From Acutalibacteraceae bacterium (GTDB lineage Bacteria > Bacillota > Clostridia > Oscillospirales > Acutalibacteraceae), in NCBI GenBank assembly GCA_045531935.1, contig JAZSEX010000033.1:16294-80293 (forward strand): 64,000 bases of DNA, written 5' to 3'. The notes beneath the pieces are model-generated. The model saw nothing but the letters and a program-made list of their open reading frames with translations, ran no database searches and was not told the origin of the DNA. Below are positions 10,701-19,146 of the stretch, one piece after another. Positions within the stretch are counted from its first letter, which is position 1. Each line of letters starts with the position of its first letter. Both the position numbers and the translations under genes were made by a program.

Positions 10701-13700
10701 CCGTTGTCGAGCCATACCTGATAGACAAGCTCCCAAGCGCCGTCGGACTCAGCCTCGAATATCTTGCCGAGTTCTTCGTTGAAGAATGTGTAATCAGCAG
10801 GGCTGTACTTAAGACCTTCATCGTCTGCTTCTTTTGAAAGGTCACCGTAGAAGCCGCCTGCTTCAGTTGTGAGCTTGATCTTGTTGTCGATATCTGTGTT
10901 TTCAAGGATATCGAATACCCACTGGTCAATAACATCCTGACTTGTTGTATCTGTAAGTGCCTCTGCTGCTGCAAGAGCGTCAACAAGCTCTGCAACAGAT
11001 TCGTCTGTGAAGAGGTTGCCGTAGCTGACTTCACCTGCGCCGTTTACGATTTCAAACTTCTTGTATTCACCGTCGTCGCCGTAAAGCTCATCGTTTGCGT
11101 ACTCGATAGCATCGTTGAGGGCATCGAGGAACTGGCCGCCTTCAACAAGAAGGTATCTTTCGTCACGGTCTGCGCCGTCGTAGTCCTTATCACCGGACTC
11201 GGAAGCAAGACCGACTGCTGCCCAGATTTCGTCAGCAAGTGTACCGTCAATAACATTACCTGCGTTGTCGTTGTAACCTGTAACTGTAGTGTTAGTGTCC
11301 CAAAGAGTTACTTTGTTTGCCTTTGTGGCATTGATAACAGCCTTAGCTGCTATGACAGAATCAGCTGTGAACTTGGAGGTCTCAAGAACCTTGTCTCTGC
11401 CGTTCAGCTGAAGCGGGTCGTAAGCAGCCTTTGTGCTTTCGTTAAGCTTTGCTGTAGCATTGTCTTCTGCACGTGTTACCTGTGCAGGTACGAAGGAAGC
11501 AGCATGAAGCTCGTTATAGAGGTTTGTGATAAGTGCGTTGTAATGAACCTGACCCTGCTTAGCTGTAAGACCGAATCCGTCGTACATCGCCTTGTTGCTG
11601 AAGATGTTGTTGATGGACATACCGTTTTCAGCGTAAACAGTTGCGGGGTTGAAGCCGTTAACACCTGTTCCGAAAACAGCGTTGAAATAGCTTGACATTG
11701 TACCGGAATCAGCAATTGTAATAGTGTCACCTGCGTTATCGTTGAGGTGTTTGATGATGCTGTTCCATCCGTCAAGGTAAACGGGAGCTGCATTCTTTTC
11801 AAGGTTATCAATAACAGTCTTATAGTTGTTAACTGCATTTACATACTCGGTATAATTGGGACCGAGGTTTTCGTTAGCAAGATTAATGATATTGTCCTTG
11901 AATGTACGTGCAAGAGCAATCTGAGTCGGGCTGTAAACCGATCTCTTAACTGTCTCGAGCTGACCCTGAGCGTTAACTATAACAACGTCAACTGTCTCGT
12001 TCTCTTTTTCAAGGAGCATAGCATCAAGCTGCTCGTTGATTGAAGCATAGGTACCTGTAAGACCTGCGATTGTGCCGTCAAACTCGTTTATCTTCTTAAA
12101 GCCGAGCTTGTAATAAGCAACAAGGAGGTCATAAGTAGCCTTGTTGATTGAGCCTTCAACGTCTACTGCACCGTCGCCCTGAGCATCAACCTTGAGGCCG
12201 TTTGTAGCAATACCGTTTGCACCTGCATCGCCGTAAGCCTGGTTATAACCGGACTGTGTGCTGTAAGCATTCTGACCAACGAAGAACTTCATAGCTTCCT
12301 GTCTTGCGTTGTAGTATGCTGTCCAGCTTTCGGCTGTATACCAGTTAGCACCTGTCTTATCCATACCGAGAGCCCACTGGTTTTCGGGTCTGTTACCCTC
12401 ACCGTACTGCTCGTATGTGGGAATCCAGGTCTTGTTAAGAAGCATTGTAAGGCCTGAGTAGTCAGCAGCGTTGAGGTTACTTTCTCTTGTGTTGTAGAGA
12501 GCAACGTAATCGTCTATAGCTGACTTATAGCCTGCAATGTTTGTAGCCATGGGCTTGCCTGAGTAGCCCTGAATTGCCTGATATGCAGCAGACATGTTGT
12601 TCTTATAATCAGTTGTATAGTACGGATGGTCTGTGAAGTAGAGGGCGTTGCCCTGAACCTGACCGATAGACTGCGGAGCATCGTAGCGTGACTTAAACAC
12701 CTTAACTACCTTGTCGGCGATCTCGGTGTTGTAAACGCCTGCTGCAGTATTGATATCAGCGAATGTAGTCTCGCCGAGGATTGCGTTTGCATCGTTGACT
12801 CTGAAGTCATCCATAGGTCTGAGCTTGAGAGCGGCTCTCTTCTGATAGATGATCTGAGTCATATGGTTGATAGCATCCTGGTTTTCTGCAAGAGTTGCAC
12901 CGTCAATGATGCCGGGCTGTGCAGTCTTTGTGCGCAGATACTCTGCCCATGTGTCGGCAGTGTACCACTGTGCACCGTCCTTAAGCTCGTTGCCGTTTGC
13001 ATCATAAATAACGTATTGCTCGAGGTTTGCGTAGTTTGAGCCACCCTTTTCATACTCTGCGTAGGAGTTCTTCTGAATTTCGAGCTGGCTCATATCGTAT
13101 GATGAGGGAACAAGCTTTTCATAGTAGTAGTCAACAGAAGCGATATCGGGCAGGATTTCAGCCTCAACGTAGAGGGCGAGAATCCACTTGGAGCTGTCGT
13201 TTGTTGACTGATATGTGCTTGTTGCGTTGAGAAGGTTTTCTTCATAGGAATTCTTGAAGCCGTAGCTTGCGCCGCCCCATGAAGCATCGGTCCAGGGATT
13301 GATTGCCTTAATATATTCACCTGCACCGTTTGAAACCCAGATTTCGCCTGCATCGTAAGCGCCGTTGCCGTTTGTATCGCCGTTGTTACCCTTATTATAA
13401 GTTTCTTTAACCTTATTATCGGTAACAACAAAACCTGCGTTTGCGATGTCAGCTGCAAGTGAGTTATAGCTTGTTTTGAATACGGGTGTGTAGAGGTAGC
13501 TTGAACCTCTGTCACTCTTGTTGTAGTTAGCGAAGTAAGTTACTCCGTTTTCTGTGTAGGTACCGTCATCGCTGTAGTACTCGCCTGCCTTACGGAACTC
13601 AAGAGCCTCGTAAGCATCACGTGCTGTGTTGTAGAGACAGTTTGTTGTGTCGGGCACGTCAGGTGAAGTTACGTTCTTGTAAGTGAAGGTCTGCGGATAA

Positions 13701-16700
13701 AGTCTGTCGAGTTTTTTTGTTGTTGCAACATACCCTCCGTCAGAATTCTTCTCATAGACTGTAACACTCGCATTTTCACTGGGCTTTTTGAGAGTTCTGT
13801 CAATGTTGAGTGAATTCTTGAAAGCAGTATAAGTTGTATATGTATATATACCGCTTGCAAGTGCCTTTTCGTTTGCGTAGTTCTTAGCAGTGCCGTCGTT
13901 GTGGTAGCCTGCATACTCGTCACGCATAAAGAGTATCGTATCGTTTGTTGAATTATAATAATTAGTATACTTATCAAATGCAGTATAGTCTGCAGGAGCA
14001 AGACGAAGCTTATCCCAAGCCTCCTGAAGGTCATCAGCATAGTCGTTGATGTACGACTGGAAACGAAGGTCAAGGTGAGCATCGTGAAGGTTGCCTGCAA
14101 CGTCGCTTGCAGCGATAAGCTGAGAGTCTGTTTCAGCGTAAACAGTAGTTCTGTTCTTGATTGTTGCGATAAGGTCTGCTGCGTTATTAAAGAACATATC
14201 CTTAGCGTATCTCTGACCTGCATAGCGCTGGTCATCACCGCTTGCAATAGCAAATGTAAGGCTCTCATAATCGGGTACGCTCTCGTTTGAACCGGCTGTG
14301 AGACCCAGACCGGTTATTTTTGCGAGTGTGCTTACAAGCTTACTGTAGTCAGCATCCTTATAAACAGGGTTCTGCCAGAGGTTAACAAGGAGATTGGAGT
14401 CGAAGTCTGTGCCCCAGAGGTTACCGCAGGCTGTGTAAGCCTTCATAACCTCTGTACGCCACTGGCTCCACCATGCGGGATCCATATCATCTTCCTGGAA
14501 ACCAACGATTGTGCCGTCAGTTGCCTGGCCGGTAACATAGGTAATCATTGCGTGAGCGTTGGATCGGTCAACTCGGTTGAGAACAAAAGCAAAACCTATA
14601 GTAGAGTAGTTATAGTCGCCGCCATCTGATTTCTCAGACTGAAGAATCATTCGAGAATATGATGTATTATAGCTTGATAAAGCATTAACGGTATTGAAAT
14701 ACATTGTGTATGTTGTACCATTTACAATATCCGTGATAATCTTTCCGTCATCATCATTTTCATTTTCCCAATTATTTCCTGTATTTGAAAATGCAAACAT
14801 ATCGGAAGATGAAATAGTGTTTGCTGTATACTTACCACCATATTTGGTTCCGTTATAAGTTGAGGTGTCCCAATATCTTCTAACCCATGGCTGATGGCCA
14901 TCAACAGCGACAAGTGTCATTTTCAACTGAGGTTTAATACTCGCACCCGTAGCCTGAGGGTCAAAATAGATATGAGTTACTATATACTCATCACTGTTGC
15001 GCGAACCGCTATCTTCTGTATAATTGTATAGACCATTATAATAAGCATCTTTGTGTGTTGTGTAACTAAGATAAACAGCATCTCTGTTCTGATAAAAAGT
15101 TACTCTGCCAGCTTTAGCATTATAGCCACCATTACCCCAAGTTGAAGTACCTACTGACCAACCGACTTTTTCACCTGTGCCATAACGTGAGTAACTGTTA
15201 TGTGTACCATTAACAACAGTTGATTCAAATGATGTGCCCTGAACGCCACCATAAAGAGCAACTATACCGGAAACACCTCGTGAACTAAGTATATTATTCT
15301 CAAGTGTTACCGTTGCATCAAGGTGAATTCTTGTATTCTTTTGTACGCTTCCGTTCCAGAATCCACCGTTTCTTCTTGTTCTTGTCGCCCAAACACCTTC
15401 GGTATTCGGAACAGATTTAACATAAGAAGCGGCATACTGTGTATAAACATCCGCTTTACCGTCTTTATTTATATCATCCTTGACACCGTCTTTATTATTG
15501 TCAAGTGAATATGTAAGCTTATAGTAAATACTGTTGCCTGCTGTTGCGGTACCGCCTGTAATTGTGGTAGTCCACTTTGTACCGTTCTGTGAGGTTGAGG
15601 TTGTAACAGCAGAGTTAACGTTGTCGTTTCCTTCATTAACTACCGTACATTTAACGTCTGTTGCATTTGTAGGAACCTCATAAACAAGAGAGCGGTCTGT
15701 GTAAGGTGCTGCAGTCTGGATTTGATTGCCGCTTACATAAATAATAGGCGGAACTGCAACCGATGTAAATTCGCTTGTGTTATTGAGAAGTCCCTCAGTA
15801 CTCGGCTTACCCTTGTTGGAGTTAAGAAGGGCAGCAATAGCCGACTGAAGCTGAGTATGGAATGTGTTAACTTCTGTCTGATTTGTCTTAATCTGTGCGT
15901 AGCAGTTAAGAGCATTCTGATATGCGGTCGTGTAAGCATCCCACATCTGCTGTGTAGCGTTGGGGTAGTCGGACTGCTTACGTGGGTTCATAAGCTCAGA
16001 CATTGTGAGCTCACGGAGTGCACCCTTATCGTAAGTATGGAAATAGAGGTAGAAGGGAGATACCGCATAGAGAAGAATACGATAACCACCCTCGGAGTTA
16101 CCCTTGTTACGAACACCTGTAAACATTGTCATACCTGTGCCGTTAAGGGCAAGAGCTGCTTCCTTACTGTCTACTACAAGAGGATAACCCTTATACTGGC
16201 CTGCCATCTTACCGATAAGGTTGTCGGCTGAAAGGTTGGCATTTACGTGGGTTGTACCCAGTCCGTTAAGGCTCTGCTGACGTGCATATGAATCATAAAG
16301 GAAGATTGTTGCGTTATCCTGTGCACCGTCGGAACCTGTTGAATTGTTTTCTGCGGTTACGGCAGCGTTATAGCTTGCATAGCTGTCACTCGGGTCAACC
16401 GTTGCACCGCTGGGGTTGAAACCGTAATCGCCGTCATAGAAGCCGATACCTGCAACATATTCCTGGAAGCCTCTGTCAAGGTCCTTCTGAATCCAGAAAT
16501 CGATGCTGACACCTGTGTCAAGTCTGCTGTCGGTTGCGGAAACCTTATTAAGCGCAGATACATCGAAGTAGATATCAGTTTTTGGTGATGCAGTGATTGT
16601 TCTCTGCGAAACCTGACCTTCTGTAACTTCTTCACGTGAAGGAGAGAATCGGAACATACTGAATCGGTTATCGCCTGCATGATTGATCCATGACTGGTCA

Positions 16701-18595
16701 ACGTCGGCAATCATAAGCGAGTAGTTGTAGTATGTATTGGAGTTGAATTTATCCTGATTTGTGGTCACATCACGTGCCACGCTGTATGCACCTGTACCGG
16801 AAAGCGTACTGATATAAGCAAGGTCAACATAGTGCTTGGAGTTATTGCTCTGACGCCAGCCACGGAACCAGTCGTTATAACCGGCAGGCTGCTTGATACT
16901 TTCAACAACAGTAGAGTTGCGGATTTCGTATTCAACGCCGCTAAAAGTATACTTTACAGAGTAATTGATGTACTCACCTGCAGTAAGTATGCTTTCGTCC
17001 TTGATGGCGTACTTGTAGAGCACACCTTCGCTTGTGTTCTCGGTACCGAGGTTTGTCAGGGTTGCCTGAGCGTTAGCCGCTGTTCTATGAGCACTGAACG
17101 TAACATCTGTTGCACCCGATGGCAGACAGTAGCTGACCGCAAGGTCCTGGTCATACGGCTGCTTGGTTTTATAGTCGAGCAACTGTGTCTGAACAGAATT
17201 ACCGAACTCCTGCTTTGCACGGACGTCAGCAAGGTTCTCTGCAGCACCGACATAAACAGTCTTGGGAACCGAAAGAGTATTGACAAGCTGAACGCCTTCG
17301 CCGTTGATAGCTTCGATACGCTCTTCGTCAACGTCTGCGCTGCCTGTAACTGTAAGCTGTGTATAGCTCTTGACCTCTGTTGTCATAGAAACTTCGCCGG
17401 TTGCATCGTCAAGTGTGAACTCGAAGTAACGACCCTTGGGGTTCTGGTCGGTATTGTAGTTCTCCTGAGTAAGAGCACCACCCATGATGAAACGGAAGCC
17501 GTTATCGTCAACAACGTCAAAGTAGTTGTCATGGTCGTGACCGAAGGTCATACCAAGACAGTTACCGGGGAGGCGAAGTGCATCGTAAAGAGCAGTTGTT
17601 GCGCCCTTATAGAGCCAAGTCGGACAGGGAGCTTCAGCCATAACACCACTGGGGTTGTTGGCAGGGTCAAGACGGATATACTGCCAATCTGTAACATGAG
17701 TGTATCTGTCAGGTGTAGGTACACCGTTTGTTGAGTCAGCCTGAATAAGAGCACCTGTGGTGTAAATTTCCTGCAGGATAACGTGCTGTGAAGCAAAGGT
17801 GGGGACATAAGCCGAAGGCTGACCTGTAACCTGTGCCTTATAGCTGTACTGGCTGCCTGCAAGGGTATTGTTCATATTGGTGTACCAGTCAACAATCTGC
17901 TGGTAATAAGTATCGTTATCGCCACCGGGACGGAGCCAACCGTCATCCTCGTCACCCTTTGAGTTGAAGAGGGCAAAGTTGAGTGCTACGCCGTTAGGCT
18001 TAGGAGCAGGATTGCCATTACTATCTTTCTGTGCAGCAGCAACTTCATCAGATGACCATGCCTGAACGGTAACGTTACCTGCGCCGGGAGCACCGTCAAG
18101 GTCGATGGTGCTGAAGTTATTATCCCAGTCGATGAAATAACTCTTCTCCATCTGGTATTCCCACTGATGGTTGAGTGAGCCAAAATCGTACTCGTGGTTA
18201 CCGGGCATTGCAATAACCTTACATGTCGATTTCATGTAGGGGGTAAACAAGTTGTATGCTCTGTCAACAGCATCCTCCCACTGGCTCTTTGTAGAAGTGC
18301 TGCCGCCCTGAGTCTGGTCACCTGTAAGCAGGATTACGTCAGGGTTGTAGCGCTGCATGAGCAAGCGGACTGTTTCTCTCGTACGCTCGGTGATAGCGCC
18401 GCCACTGACCGATGTCTGAATATCGGGCAGCTGAAGCACTTTAAGTTTACGTGTTGTGTCGTCGAAATGAATGCCGAAGTCTGTCTTCTGCTGATTCTGC
18501 AGACTTGCACTCGCCTCAAAACCGGTCATAGCAAAGAACGATGCGATCATCGATACTACGAGCAGCAATGAGAGAATTTTCTTCGTTATTCTCAT
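4721..18595 (-). CDS. giant secreted multidomain protein (~4,624 aa): signal peptide, metallophosphoesterase domain, FIVAR-like helical modules, C-terminal Listeria/Bacteroides-type repeats
   Basis: The ORF is uninterrupted. ATG at 18593-18595 has AAGGAGG 11 nt upstream and is followed by MRITKKILSLLLVVSMIASFFAMTGFEASAS. Metallophosphoesterase motifs GDQTQ, GNHEY and GHDHD lie at ~17456-18448. W/Y-T-x-x-S/T-W helical modules recur. FxxW / YxW beta repeats occupy the last 352 aa (4724-5779). Confidence 0.85.
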   Translation of the reverse strand: MRITKKILSLLLVVSMIASFFAMTGFEASASLQNQQKTDFGIHFDDTTRKLKVLQLPDIQTSVSGGAITERTRETVRLLMQRYNPDVILLTGDQTQGGSTSTKSQWEDAVDRAYNLFTPYMKSTCKVIAMPGNHEYDFGSLNHQWEYQMEKSYFIDWDNNFSTIDLDGAPGAGNVTVQAWSSDEVAAAQKDSNGNPAPKPNGVALNFALFNSKGDEDDGWLRPGGDNDTYYQQIVDWYTNMNNTLAGSQYSYKAQVTGQPSAYVPTFASQHVILQEIYTTGALIQADSTNGVPTPDRYTHVTDWQYIRLDPANNPSGVMAEAPCPTWLYKGATTALYDALRLPGNCLGMTFGHDHDNYFDVVDDNGFRFIMGGALTQENYNTDQNPKGRYFEFTLDDATGEVSMTTEVKSYTQLTVTGSADVDEERIEAINGEGVQLVNTLSVPKTVYVGAAENLADVRAKQEFGNSVQTQLLDYKTKQPYDQDLAVSYCLPSGATDVTFSAHRTAANAQATLTNLGTENTSEGVLYKYAIKDESILTAGEYINYSVKYTFSGVEYEIRNSTVVESIKQPAGYNDWFRGWRQSNNSKHYVDLAYISTLSGTGAYSVARDVTTNQDKFNSNTYYNYSLMIADVDQSWINHAGDNRFSMFRFSPSREEVTEGQVSQRTITASPKTDIYFDVSALNKVSATDSRLDTGVSIDFWIQKDLDRGFQEYVAGIGFYDGDYGFNPSGATVDPSDSYASYNAAVTAENNSTGSDGAQDNATIFLYDSYARQQSLNGLGTTHVNANLSADNLIGKMAGQYKGYPLVVDSKEAALALNGTGMTMFTGVRNKGNSEGGYRILLYAVSPFYLYFHTYDKGALRELTMSELMNPRKQSDYPNATQQMWDAYTTAYQNALNCYAQIKTNQTEVNTFHTQLQSAIAALLNSNKGKPSTEGLLNNTSEFTSVAVPPIIYVSGNQIQTAAPYTDRSLVYEVPTNATDVKCTVVNEGNDNVNSAVTTSTSQNGTKWTTTITGGTATAGNSIYYKLTYSLDNNKDGVKDDINKDGKADVYTQYAASYVKSVPNTEGVWATRTRRNGGFWNGSVQKNTRIHLDATVTLENNILSSRGVSGIVALYGGVQGTSFESTVVNGTHNSYSRYGTGEKVGWSVGTSTWGNGGYNAKAGRVTFYQNRDAVYLSYTTHKDAYYNGLYNYTEDSGSRNSDEYIVTHIYFDPQATGASIKPQLKMTLVAVDGHQPWVRRYWDTSTYNGTKYGGKYTANTISSSDMFAFSNTGNNWENENDDDGKIITDIVNGTTYTMYFNTVNALSSYNTSYSRMILQSEKSDGGDYNYSTIGFAFVLNRVDRSNAHAMITYVTGQATDGTIVGFQEDDMDPAWWSQWRTEVMKAYTACGNLWGTDFDSNLLVNLWQNPVYKDADYSKLVSTLAKITGLGLTAGSNESVPDYESLTFAIASGDDQRYAGQRYAKDMFFNNAADLIATIKNRTTVYAETDSQLIAASDVAGNLHDAHLDLRFQSYINDYADDLQEAWDKLRLAPADYTAFDKYTNYYNSTNDTILFMRDEYAGYHNDGTAKNYANEKALASGIYTYTTYTAFKNSLNIDRTLKKPSENASVTVYEKNSDGGYVATTKKLDRLYPQTFTYKNVTSPDVPDTTNCLYNTARDAYEALEFRKAGEYYSDDGTYTENGVTYFANYNKSDRGSSYLYTPVFKTSYNSLAADIANAGFVVTDNKVKETYNKGNNGDTNGNGAYDAGEIWVSNGAGEYIKAINPWTDASWGGASYGFKNSYEENLLNATSTYQSTNDSSKWILALYVEAEILPDIASVDYYYEKLVPSSYDMSQLEIQKNSYAEYEKGGSNYANLEQYVIYDANGNELKDGAQWYTADTWAEYLRTKTAQPGIIDGATLAENQDAINHMTQIIYQKRAALKLRPMDDFRVNDANAILGETTFADINTAAGVYNTEIADKVVKVFKSRYDAPQSIGQVQGNALYFTDHPYYTTDYKNNMSAAYQAIQGYSGKPMATNIAGYKSAIDDYVALYNTRESNLNAADYSGLTMLLNKTWIPTYEQYGEGNRPENQWALGMDKTGANWYTAESWTAYYNARQEAMKFFVGQNAYSTQSGYNQAYGDAGANGIATNGLKVDAQGDGAVDVEGSINKATYDLLVAYYKLGFKKINEFDGTIAGLTGTYASINEQLDAMLLEKENETVDVVIVNAQGQLETVKRSVYSPTQIALARTFKDNIINLANENLGPNYTEYVNAVNNYKTVIDNLEKNAAPVYLDGWNSIIKHLNDNAGDTITIADSGTMSSYFNAVFGTGVNGFNPATVYAENGMSINNIFSNKAMYDGFGLTAKQGQVHYNALITNLYNELHAASFVPAQVTRAEDNATAKLNESTKAAYDPLQLNGRDKVLETSKFTADSVIAAKAVINATKANKVTLWDTNTTVTGYNDNAGNVIDGTLADEIWAAVGLASESGDKDYDGADRDERYLLVEGGQFLDALNDAIEYANDELYGDDGEYKKFEIVNGAGEVSYGNLFTDESVAELVDALAAAEALTDTTSQDVIDQWVFDILENTDIDNKIKLTTEAGGFYGDLSKEADDEGLKYSPADYTFFNEELGKIFEAESDGAWELVYQVWLDNGDGTFTLDNELGSKYFTSDTWTPYQTAYLLATKADRNLTAKDQAIINAHTTEVHDTREILTWKGLDDSTQTLIDSIGAQIDSLSTTFVTVNTYTNSTVYVDENGNRVITDPSIGTIELSPYGDISEITTLWNQFCVKYLQDGEIDVTKQQMLLDELVVIQDLLANLETKKFDVEEDNEFTIGVRNLVDNFIAGSYTYNGIGSGDGIGTYTADYLATTVDEKNIPAAEKDIRSAQQIAIQNKLNAIYTVLGSNYEVGDVYLDYSTGVAVRYETALEAVNVLTEDLFNYVTGTRAQYAGFGLDMRQDMYKFLATEITVKVDYRSSATQPLYTKEVPLFTNDIRQSAKLAIDGDGQEDRGAFGTTENWPTINLLDDSIGITLDETTHPDQLVFADVDENGEVIGEVLVGKEIVSLVGGYSYLYGDARSQINNHDANALVWLTSEAVHDTGSEIYVLASPAGEVIINDAEFGYNMNAVPARKDGDWYTNGYGIDIYQDGSMYYLAQGEDFESVTGSSYGGWFTDDSYKAVLNQKEASAEFLAYQKKNYGYGPVAAEVMAGIEREATNNAVCWTAENRDAFISAVQADQKAVDTATVAMYEKLCGLKLLNATDAYREVATLIYEALGLVPTYKEDNKTDIIIVDDTVGKTEANSLGGRVFNMSILSDLDDLSTPEVDYKIITDDDGNIYYYSTKLPASYDGGTEAVEYILETVFGNELTNKYTIDKAALVNGDTNSVKSRIIAELEKLGLGKADLSQITSLVKAFLYNNPSNAASLGSYDIDDNGVGEEFFTSTHTTLGTTGNAFIYRNDKIMKGAGEGVFHASGFYDFTKYTDTSLRAVIEFLGDNDIINATVQAAANNFNITNKTGFDIEFDHTENGDTLYDTPKTQQAIINNIYAELVEIINDLELRKATTETLVEALGSGDDIMSDESLYDHEALDANNENIWDEFVQAFENAKNYKDVTVINETQVLEAEDRLEKAIKALVLYVDTFAPVVTIHNTQTDLNKFYEEHSEELANTIPSADKMVTASYMTPNLGGYTLYVYTNQLNPQIVVSLKDTTSALNTDGSQRTVTTSKPEKMSVSAQAMKGVTANVITPVHDVDTGMAISSVSKALTGTDSVSTQTAKNAAGGYDVDSSAYLILSPQFSNVDGTQQAAAYTIDATDSAVEKDAETGEISSTANGVDSFKYASGDNKPVKTTEDGKITVFVYYMNSMPADGNDNGVNADGSVNGSAVLTHHEYSNIGKDKWSNGFAFYRLFNGAVRNWEFSDSPATLATGAAYVDPTFGENNFGSFIYKIDPNATEGLDYVVANEYFKNGEAAAKKKFISELNSNSEFIATFNEESKEADSTKFISYGAGDNWVGIVGAPYNGELMFIHVADRFGNVCNRIVEVNHYDQLKPELEANGVGKVTVTEPGGSGVAKVDLFNYMGTQGSSLYIDYLFDMLHVDDFTYVSEDNTFTIKTGAANAGKLFTVAVTDNAGNVGSVPVNADANGDILLTVDETYNNVVKYKADTSDVSVNTGEDLEVIEFVFNNSETIKLNFIEPSSIVKAGPDGNVFAKQKGEPLSIVVKSGVEAIKLYNVDNGTEEIWTADKATVKDNGDGTSTWTVKYTFTEGTHNYTATAKVDGAWEITPVAFSFVATTKSVEVKLIVAGIGKIRFGYNEGSYSNVPVMSKKIVPYGSVVTLEAVQTEAGSDFYYWTNNSSNRIISASAVYKFTAVTDMDLTSQFTTNECFNSDKKLVVYVNNAENLVENFELAEGEDYKVPAAPSLPEHVFKEWSMTKEEILASDEKMIIVRPVYSLVVKNTVTLTEGNWTTTGAGVYESVDNDRALVSISASATNAAGESFLYWIDAETGDIASYNRSYTFHAIKDTELTPVYGDASAVVPVPVARISTAKYDSASKKVNFYAERSIPAGYDLIQTGIIVTKTASVGTDEDAFVLGASGVGKGLSNSTAANGYYAGAVSATAGTVVYARAYVIYQNADGDIITDYSTIASYNA

Positions 18596-19146
18596 AATCG
18601 AAATTTCCTCCTTGAGAATATTTTGGAGTTTGCAATCCGCCAAGGATTGCTTCCCCATTCTGACCGAATGTGGGCTGTCGGACAAAACGTCCGACAAGGG
18701 ATTGCGTAAAATTCCGGTTGAATTTCGCAGGGACGGTAAATGCGGCACAAAACCGCACATTGTGTTTTGCCATTGCAACCATACGGTTGCGAGTAGGGGA
18801 CACGTCCCCCGCTCCGATTGATATTTCGTCCGCTCGGGACGGGAGACCCATCCCCTACGATAACCTCGCCGCTGCCGCCACCGGATACTCAGCCGCAGCA
18901 CCGCCGCCGACCTGACCGTCGGCACACAGCAACCGCGTGCAGCGAAGCGTTTTTTGTTTTGTGCTGACAGCCGCTGTTTTCAGCCCTGACCACTGCCGAA
19001 AAAAAGCTGTTTTTACCCCGAAAAAGACCTCCTGATATTGTCTGCCGCACACCGCCGAAACCGACGAAAAAAGCAGAAAACAACATCTTGTGTATCAAGT
19101 CTTATCAAGACACAAAACATAGTATTATATATAATAATACGGTTTT
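18596..19146 (-). promoter_or_regulatory. long (~545 nt) hairpin-rich 5' leader of the giant gene; class unknown
   Basis: No credible ORF lies here. Stems (plus-strand coordinates): 18632-38/18644-50, 18677-83/18689-95, 18741-45/18753-57, 18775-80/18785-90, 18793-800/18851-58 enclosing 18803-08/18836-41, and 18906-11/18918-23. The segment is visibly more GC-rich than its surroundings. Confidence 0.4.

Noticed and set aside
16832-17734. 300-aa plus-strand ORF antisense to the giant gene, along with many other 60-200-aa ORFs on both strands between 4721 and 18595.
   Set aside because: They are shadow ORFs of a very long coding frame. They show Cys/Val/Leu-rich or Thr/Leu/Gln-rich low-complexity translations, no RBS, and lie fully nested in a gene with clear domain content.
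18690-18900. Loose resemblance of leader segments to known riboswitches. The minus strand has CTGAG...GGCAGCG...TAGGGGA (TPP) and AGCGGGGGAC (c-di-AMP/ydaO). The plus strand has CCGGTTGAATTTCG...GGGAGACC (cobalamin).
   Set aside because: Only short fragments match, and key conserved blocks are missing. For the c-di-AMP resemblance the order of elements differs from the ydaO consensus. For cobalamin the strand is wrong, and none of the regulatory logics fits a giant secreted protein. A covariance-model scan is needed before naming any class.
18596-18925. The ORF track extends the giant ORF 110 codons further upstream, to a Met at 18925.
   Set aside because: The extension is Arg/Trp/Cys-rich with no signal peptide or RBS. 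The internal ATG at 18595 has AAGGAGG upstream and is followed immediately by a canonical signal peptide. The extension also overlaps the hairpin-rich leader.
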